Source: Microcystaceae cyanobacterium
GTDB taxonomy: Bacteria; Cyanobacteriota; Cyanobacteriia; Cyanobacteriales; Microcystaceae
Assembly: GCA_041746575.1 (NCBI GenBank)
Contig: JBGTGT010000011.1
Span: forward strand, 32,001-96,000
Length of the DNA stretch: 64,000 nt
Direction of reading: 5' to 3'
This document shows positions 57,961 through 64,000 of this stretch, one piece after another. The notes beneath the pieces were generated by a model. The model saw nothing but the letters and a program-made list of their open reading frames with translations. It searched no databases and was not told the origin of the DNA. Position 1 is the first letter of the stretch. Each line of letters opens with the position of its first letter. The position numbers were made by a program, and so were the translations under genes.

Positions 57961-58179
57961 TTATTGCTGACTAAAAAGTTCTTGAAGAGTTTGAGGGATC
58001 TGAATAATGGCTTGCCAAAGCTGTTGAGAATTAATGCCAAAGGCGATTTGTAAAACTAAAATAATCAACGCAATTTTTAAGGCGGTTCCTACACTGGTTT
58101 TAATGATTTTAATCAATCCCGTAAAGATTAGCCAAGCCACTAAAATAGCCGCTAAAATTATAATGATTTGAATAGACAT
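57961..58179 (-). CDS. Small two-TM hypothetical protein
   Basis: 72-aa ORF with two hydrophobic helices, same orientation as msrP. Confidence 0.75.
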   Translation of the reverse strand: MSIQIIIILAAILVAWLIFTGLIKIIKTSVGTALKIALIILVLQIAFGINSQQLWQAIIQIPQTLQELFSQQ

Positions 58180-58388
58180 CTTTTACAGTTCAGTCATTGA
58201 AAGTTCAATTTATTATTATAGATAGCATTACGATTTAAGATTAGGAGCCTCTAAATTTCTCAACGCCTGTTATCGAGAGAGTGAGCATTATTCATTCTGC
58301 GTTTTGCATCACTAAGCTTTTTTGAGGAAACACTTTGATATTATATAAGAAGCGAAAAGCCTCTCTTCATGGTCAAAAATGAAGCCTT

Positions 58389-59372
58389 ATGTTGCAATTT
58401 CAAATTCATCCCGAAAGTGAGATTCCTGCCTCAAAACAACTGCTAGATCAATTGCGCTTTGCCATCGCCTCCCGTCAATATCCCCCCGGTCACCGTCTTC
58501 CCAGTACCCGTCAGTTGGCAATGATCACGGGACTCCATCGTAATACAATTAGTAAAGTCTATCAACAATTGGAAGAACAAGGATTGGTAGAATCTATTGC
58601 TGGATCAGGTATTTATGTGAAACTTCAAGGCAATGAAAGTGGTTTAAGTCAAAGTTCGCCTCTTTCTCAAGATTATCCCGACGCACAGCAAATTATTCAA
58701 AAAAGCATAGATGATCTTATTGCGCAAGGCCTAAATTTGTCCCAAGTTCAAGAACTCATTTTGGCAGAGGTTGAATGGCGATTACGGTGTAGCGCACAAG
58801 TGTTAGTGACTGTCCCCCAAAAAGATATGGGAGCAGGAGAACTGATCTTAAAAGAATTGGAGCAAGCTATAGCTGTTCCTGTTCAATTAGTTCCCTTAGA
58901 AGAATTATCCCAAATTTTATCTAAAACTCAATCGGGAACTGTGGTGACGAGTCGTTATTTTATGCAACAAGCAGAAGCGATCGCCGCTCCTTACGGCATA
59001 CGGTCAATTTCTATTGATATTCACGATTATAGTCAAGAAATCGAGCAAATTAAACATTTACCCCAAGATACTCGCTTAGGCATCGTCAGTTTAAGTGCAG
59101 GAATTCTCGGTATTGCTGAAATTCTCATTCAAAGTCTGCGAGGCGATGATTTACTGATTATGACCGCACAAACGGGGGAAAGTGAGAAATTAAAGGCCTT
59201 AGTTAAGTCTAGTCATGTTATTATCAGTGATTCTGCTAGCTATCCTGTTGTCCAGAAAACCCTAACCCACGTCAGAGAAGACTTAATTCGTCCCCCTCAA
59301 GTTCTATGCAGTGAAAGTTATATTGGCGAAAAATCCATTGCCCTTCTCAAACGAGAACTCGGACTCGGTTGA
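58389..59372 (+). CDS. plmA: GntR-family transcriptional regulator, PlmA subfamily
   Basis: LPSTRQLAMITGLHRNTISKVY HTH, GSGIYV, C-terminal LLKRELG. Confidence 0.9.
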   Translation: MLQFQIHPESEIPASKQLLDQLRFAIASRQYPPGHRLPSTRQLAMITGLHRNTISKVYQQLEEQGLVESIAGSGIYVKLQGNESGLSQSSPLSQDYPDAQQIIQKSIDDLIAQGLNLSQVQELILAEVEWRLRCSAQVLVTVPQKDMGAGELILKELEQAIAVPVQLVPLEELSQILSKTQSGTVVTSRYFMQQAEAIAAPYGIRSISIDIHDYSQEIEQIKHLPQDTRLGIVSLSAGILGIAEILIQSLRGDDLLIMTAQTGESEKLKALVKSSHVIISDSASYPVVQKTLTHVREDLIRPPQVLCSESYIGEKSIALLKRELGLG

Positions 59373-59452
59373 ACTCTCTCTTAGAAACTAACGTGACCAA
59401 GCCCTATTTGTTGTAAAGTCTTTAAAGTAAGCGTTTAGGAAATGATTGAACT

Positions 59453-60178
59453 ATGAGCGTTACCCGTCGTCACTTTCTACAGTTTTTGAGCGTCACTACA
59501 AGTGCAACAGCGATGGGGGTCTTCTCTCCCCTTAATTCTTTGGCGTTTGCCGAAGAAACTCCTTTTACCATGATTCCGCTTCCTTATAACTATAAGGCAC
59601 TCGAACCCTATATTGATGGGGAAACCATGCAATTTCACTACGGCAAACACTATGCGAGCTATACCAAAAACTTAAACACAGCGATTAATCAGTATCCTCA
59701 ACTCAAATCCCAAAGCATCGACAACTTATTAGCGAATTTGAAGCAAATTCCCTCAGATATTAAAATGACTGTCCGCAATAACGGCGGAGGTTATGCCAAT
59801 CATACGTTATTCTGGCAAATTATGTCCCCCGACGGTGGAGGTGAGCCGAAAGGGGAGATTGCCTCAGCGATTCAAAAGACATTTGGCAGTTTTGAAGCGT
59901 TTCAAGATCAATTTACGCAAGCCGGCTCTTCTCGTTTTGGAAGCGGTTGGGTTTGGTTGGTTCTCAATAAAAAAGGGCAATTAGAAATAATGACAACCCA
60001 GAATCAAGATAGTCCTCTGAGTAAGGGGTTTTATCCCCTTATGGGCAATGATGTTTGGGAACACGCTTATTACTTGAAATATCGCAATAATCGAGGAGAA
60101 TATCTAAAACAGTGGTGGAATGTGGTTAATTGGGATGAAGTTAACCGACGCTATTTAACAGTTATCAATAAAAAATAA
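59453..60178 (+). CDS. sodA: Mn-type superoxide dismutase with Tat signal
   Basis: RRHFL Tat motif, HYGKH, NNGGG..NH, FGSGW, NQD, DVWEHAYY. Confidence 0.9.
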   Translation: MSVTRRHFLQFLSVTTSATAMGVFSPLNSLAFAEETPFTMIPLPYNYKALEPYIDGETMQFHYGKHYASYTKNLNTAINQYPQLKSQSIDNLLANLKQIPSDIKMTVRNNGGGYANHTLFWQIMSPDGGGEPKGEIASAIQKTFGSFEAFQDQFTQAGSSRFGSGWVWLVLNKKGQLEIMTTQNQDSPLSKGFYPLMGNDVWEHAYYLKYRNNRGEYLKQWWNVVNWDEVNRRYLTVINKK

Positions 60179-60232
60179 ACAATTAATAGTAAACAATAAT
60201 AACATTAATTTTATTCAATAAAGGAGTAGAAA

Positions 60233-61135
60233 TTGACCCCTTTAACAGCTCAAAAAACAGACAATAAAAAACAATGGTTGGCCGCAATTAAGCTTCCTAT
60301 GTACACGGTAGCAGTAACCCCAATTACGGTAGGGACTGCCCTTGCATTTAGGGATACCCAATCCTTTAAAAGTGTTATCTTTGCTACCTTTTTGTTCTCT
60401 GCTATTTGTATTATTGCTTGGCTCAATATTAGTAATGACGTGTTTGATGCGGAGACAGGAATTGATGTTAATAAACCTCATTCTGTGGTGAATTTAACAG
60501 GAAATAAATCTCTAATGTTTTGGTTAGGCAATGTTTTTCTTCTATTAGGAATTCTCGGCATTATTCTGATTGATTGGTGGTTAAAAGATGGGACAGTTTT
60601 AGGTATTGTTCTGTTGTGTTGTGCCTTGGGATATAGTTATCAGGGGCCTCCCTTTCGGTTGGGATATCAAGGATTAGGCGAAATAATTTGCTTTATTTGT
60701 TTTGGACCCCTAGCGATCGCTGCGGCCTATTATTCCCAAACTCAAGCTCTCGATCCTTCTATTTTGGCAACAGGAACATTCATGGGAATTAGTACTTCAA
60801 TTATCCTTTTTTGCTCCCATTTCCATCAAGTCAAAGAAGATTTGGCGGCAGGAAAAAAATCTCCCATTGTGCGTCTAGGGACGAAACGGGGATCTCAGGT
60901 GTTAACGCTATCAACTCTTAGTTTATATGGATTAACAATTCTTTTTGTTATCTTGAAAGTATTCCCTCTGGGCACGTTACTCATTTTCTTCAGTTTTCCC
61001 TTTGCTTGGCAACTTATTCGTCATGTTCAAGCCAACTATGACCAACCTGATTTAGTCAGAAACTGTAAATTTATTGCCGTTAATTTGCATTTTGTCAGTG
61101 GAATGTTATTGGCATTGGGATTAATTTGGATTTAG
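60233..61135 (+). CDS. menA: 2-carboxy-1,4-naphthoquinone phytyltransferase
   Basis: UbiA family NDVFD...GID, YQGPPFRLGYQGLGE, DLAAGKKS; AAGGAG upstream of TTG. Confidence 0.93.
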   Translation: MTPLTAQKTDNKKQWLAAIKLPMYTVAVTPITVGTALAFRDTQSFKSVIFATFLFSAICIIAWLNISNDVFDAETGIDVNKPHSVVNLTGNKSLMFWLGNVFLLLGILGIILIDWWLKDGTVLGIVLLCCALGYSYQGPPFRLGYQGLGEIICFICFGPLAIAAAYYSQTQALDPSILATGTFMGISTSIILFCSHFHQVKEDLAAGKKSPIVRLGTKRGSQVLTLSTLSLYGLTILFVILKVFPLGTLLIFFSFPFAWQLIRHVQANYDQPDLVRNCKFIAVNLHFVSGMLLALGLIWI

Positions 61136-61156
61136 AATTTTAAACTTGACTGATCG

Positions 61157-62137
61157 TCAATTTCCGACGCCTTGACGCTGTTGCTGTTGCATGATGGAAT
61201 CTAAACCAAAGAAATTTTCTGCCATTTTTGCGCCAAAATCATTCACTTTTTGTTGAATTTGATCTAAAAACTCATGCAAGCCAAACTCGATAATATCATC
61301 TATGGTGGTATAACCCAGTTCGCCGCATAACCGTCCTAGAGACCGTTCAGCCGCATTATGCCAAATCCCTAGAGGCGTTCCCGTGATTTCATGAAGCGAT
61401 CGCTGAACTTGTAACAGGCAAAAATAGATAGAACGAGGAAATTCACGGTTCAAAATCAAGAATTCTGCTACACAATTTGGTGTAATCCGTCGCTGACATT
61501 TGCGATACATTTCATAAGCACTGGCTGAACGCAACAAAGCAATCCATTGAACTTGGTCAAGGGGTGTACCAATCCATTCGGCTGAAGGAAGCAGATAGTA
61601 ATACTTTACATCGAGAATACGGGCAGTTTTATCGGCTCTTTCCTGTAAACGTCCTAATTCACCGAAATGCCATCCCTCATTGTGGGTCATTGTTGCATCC
61701 ATTACCCCGGCAAAGCGATGACTAGATAGTTTGACTTGGGTAAAAAAATGAGGTAACGTCTTTGGGGGACGGTGATTAGCCGCCTCTATGACCATCAGAT
61801 AAAAGGCATTGACCTGTTCCCACATTTCTGAGGAAATAATTTCCCGAATCGAACGAGCATTTTCTCTGGCTTTTTGCAGGCAAGAAAGGATAGAATTTGA
61901 ATATTCTGGGTCAAAGGTGAGAAATTGAATAACGTTGTCGGGCTTTGCTTCCCCATAGCGTTTTTTAAATAGCTCTAAGTCCCCCGTTGTCCATACTAAG
62001 GGATCCCACTGTTGGGTGACTCGTTGGGGCAAGTCTAGCATTAAATTGAGATTGACATCAACGAAACGGGCTACATTATCGGCTCTTTCAATATAACGAT
62101 TTAACCAGTAAATGGAAGCAGCAACACGACTTAACAT
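61157..62137 (-). CDS. Alpha-E domain protein (DUF403)
   Basis: MLSRVA..IYW..RYIERA, ARENARSIREIISSEMWE, GRLQERADKTARILDVKY, FPRSI. Confidence 0.93.
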   Translation of the reverse strand: MLSRVAASIYWLNRYIERADNVARFVDVNLNLMLDLPQRVTQQWDPLVWTTGDLELFKKRYGEAKPDNVIQFLTFDPEYSNSILSCLQKARENARSIREIISSEMWEQVNAFYLMVIEAANHRPPKTLPHFFTQVKLSSHRFAGVMDATMTHNEGWHFGELGRLQERADKTARILDVKYYYLLPSAEWIGTPLDQVQWIALLRSASAYEMYRKCQRRITPNCVAEFLILNREFPRSIYFCLLQVQRSLHEITGTPLGIWHNAAERSLGRLCGELGYTTIDDIIEFGLHEFLDQIQQKVNDFGAKMAENFFGLDSIMQQQQRQGVGN

Positions 62138-62836
62138 ATAAGGGAATAAAGAATTATTGAAAATGAATACTTACGGTTATTATAAACATTCAGTTAAGCT
62201 TTGAGTGGTTAATATCCGTCACAATTCTACCTTTCCCTCGAATATAAAACTGTTTCATCCTTGAGACGATGCAAAAATAGCAAAACGAAAGGTTTTTCAA
62301 TTGAGACTTTGTTTATCCTAAGTTTCTGATTTTGTCAAATGTTAGTTCTCGTGTTCTTAATAAAAAGATAAACTTTTTTCTTAAAAAAAGATTAAATTTA
62401 GGTAAATTTAAGATTATCTTCTTTTTGAATAACGACGTTATGGGGGTTTTGCGTTTCGCTCAATATTTGCAAAGAGTTCTCCAATTATGAAAATATAGCA
62501 AATCCCTGAAAAGATTGCAACTTCGTAGACAAATAGAAATTATTCTCAATTAATGCTTAAGCGAATCTTAAATTTTAAGATTTGTTAAATCAGAAATATA
62601 AAATTTTCTTTATAAACTAATTAACAAAACTTATCTTAAAAAACAAACTGAGTTATTCTGATTTTTGGGCTTAATTTGTTGATTTATTGAATTTTTTATT
62701 TATCTTCCAATAGAATGAGCTTGAATTCTTCTATTTGATAGATGAGAAAATACACCCCAAAAATTAGGATAAAAAGGTGATAAATAAAATCACGACTCCA
62801 TCAACCTCCATCAACAAATTTGAGGAAAAGTCCTTA

Positions 62837-63025
62837 ATGAGTATTTTAATGGAAATGTCTAGTGCTGCGGCAACTTCCCATTTTCCCGTATCGGCAACGC
62901 TCGTTTTAGTTGTGGGATTTATTGCTGCTACCGTCATCGGTTCAATTGCGTGGTTCAACTCTAAGCGTCCCCTTGGCTGGAAAGACAAAGAACGCCCAGA
63001 CTATGTCCCTGATATTGATAAATAA
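62837..63025 (+). CDS. psb35: Photosystem II assembly protein Psb35-like
   Basis: FP....V.VVGFIAA..IGSIAW.NSKRP.GW.DKERPD single-TM signature. ATG at 62837 preferred. Confidence 0.75.
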   Translation: MSILMEMSSAAATSHFPVSATLVLVVGFIAATVIGSIAWFNSKRPLGWKDKERPDYVPDIDK

Positions 63026-63106
63026 AGTCGAAAATCCCTCTATTGCTAGAATCACTTTTGCTAAAAAACTTAAACTTAACAATTAATAAGGAGGAACGAA
63101 CCCATT

Positions 63107-63418
63107 ATGTCTACCCAAAATAAAAATAACACCGAGTACGATCCCCATATCGTCCCAGCCGAAACTGCCGCCAGGATGGAAAGAGAAGGAAAGGACTTTA
63201 AAGAAATCCCTGTCCGTGAAACGGAAGGCACGTTAGACAGTACTAGCGGTTATACAATGGATAAAGAAGGCTTGTTAAATAACTATCCTATCGAACCTGA
63301 AATGTACGTCAACGAACCCGGTGACATGAAGGAACAAGAGGAAGCCGAAAAAGCAGAACGAGCCTTAGAATTGAAGGAAATTAACGAAGAGGGCGGAAAA
63401 GGTCCTGGTATCATCTAA
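63107..63418 (+). CDS. Acidic conserved hypothetical protein
   Basis: AGGAGG RBS; IVPAETAAR, GYT.DKEGLLNNY.IEPEMY motif. Confidence 0.8.
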   Translation: MSTQNKNNTEYDPHIVPAETAARMEREGKDFKEIPVRETEGTLDSTSGYTMDKEGLLNNYPIEPEMYVNEPGDMKEQEEAEKAERALELKEINEEGGKGPGII

Positions 63419-63570
63419 CTTAACGGGTAGCCTTTAGGCATAAAGTGCTTTAAAAGTTGAAGAACGAACCCTCTTCCCTCCAAAGATTTCAACTCTTTAT
63501 CTTTTCTACTGCATTGAGTTACATTACTCCTCTCTAACCTAAGTCTGTATTGATTTGATTCATGAGTTCA

Positions 63571-63598
63571 AGCCTAGCCTCAACGCTAGGTTTTTTTT
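63571..63598 (+). terminator. Rho-independent terminator
   Basis: AGCCTAGC-CTCAAC-GCTAGGTT followed by a T-tract. Confidence 0.7.
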
Positions 63599-63657
63599 GT
63601 CTTCAATGATTGGGAAAATGATCTATAGTGTCAATAGGGATAATTAAAATCTCCGCA

Positions 63658-64000
63658 ATGAACGAACCAGATTGGCAAAGCGTACAAGGAATCATTCAAG
63701 GGGGACATAAGGTGGCTTCCGGTCAAGCCTTGAATAGTCCTTATCCCAATGGTACAATTGCCATGCAAATCCCTTTTTTTCGAGCTTTAGGCTTAAATTT
63801 AGGCGATTTGTTTAGGGGAACACTTAACGTTTCAATTCAGCCATTAATCTGGGAAATGACTCATCCTGCTTTAACATTTTCTCAAGTGATGTGGACAGAT
63901 AAACACCCTCCTGAAGATTTTTCTTTTTCCGCTTGTCTGCTTCTTTTTAATCAAATTCGCTACCCTAGTTGGATTTATTATCCTCATCCTAAAACCAAAA
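63658..64000 (+). CDS. Hypothetical protein, partial (runs off the window; absent from the ORF track)
   Basis: Open frame MNEPDWQSVQGIIQGGHKVASG...SPYP.GTI.MQ.PFF...GTLNVSI...YYPHP, weakly reminiscent of the CTP-dependent riboflavin kinase fold. Confidence 0.75.
   Translation, partial: MNEPDWQSVQGIIQGGHKVASGQALNSPYPNGTIAMQIPFFRALGLNLGDLFRGTLNVSIQPLIWEMTHPALTFSQVMWTDKHPPEDFSFSACLLLFNQIRYPSWIYYPHPKTK

Overview
Chromosomal segment of a unicellular, probably Chroococcales-type cyanobacterium. The assignment rests on frequent HIP1 octamers (GCGATCGC), apcD, ndhN, psb35, plmA, phaEC and cyanobacteriochrome GAF domains. Most of the window is housekeeping and metabolic genes: ureG, tmk, cbiG-cobJ, tRNA-fMet, ruvC, malic enzyme, shc, an mrp/mnh antiporter operon, sir, bamA, purC, rbgA, frameshifted prfB, ybeY, dgkA, phaEC, msrP, MnSOD and menA. 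Overlaid on this is visible gene decay and mobile DNA. A vanadium haloperoxidase pseudogene is split by a TnpB-only IS200/IS605 element whose left side carries nested GC-rich mini-repeats. An ACT-domain gene is split by a 199-bp IS982-like MITE with a clean 7-bp target duplication. There are four more pseudogenes and an IS982-like end at the window start. Other points of interest are a ribbon-helix-helix-like tail on sulfite reductase, an atp1 gene detached from the ATP synthase operon, a lone phage Gp157 gene beside an NdhR/CcmR-like box, an orphan alpha-E gene, a CobH paralogue lacking its catalytic His, and a two-CBCR diguanylate cyclase. I found no CRISPR array, rRNA or prophage, and no clearly new multi-gene system. 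All family calls come from motif recognition without database searches.
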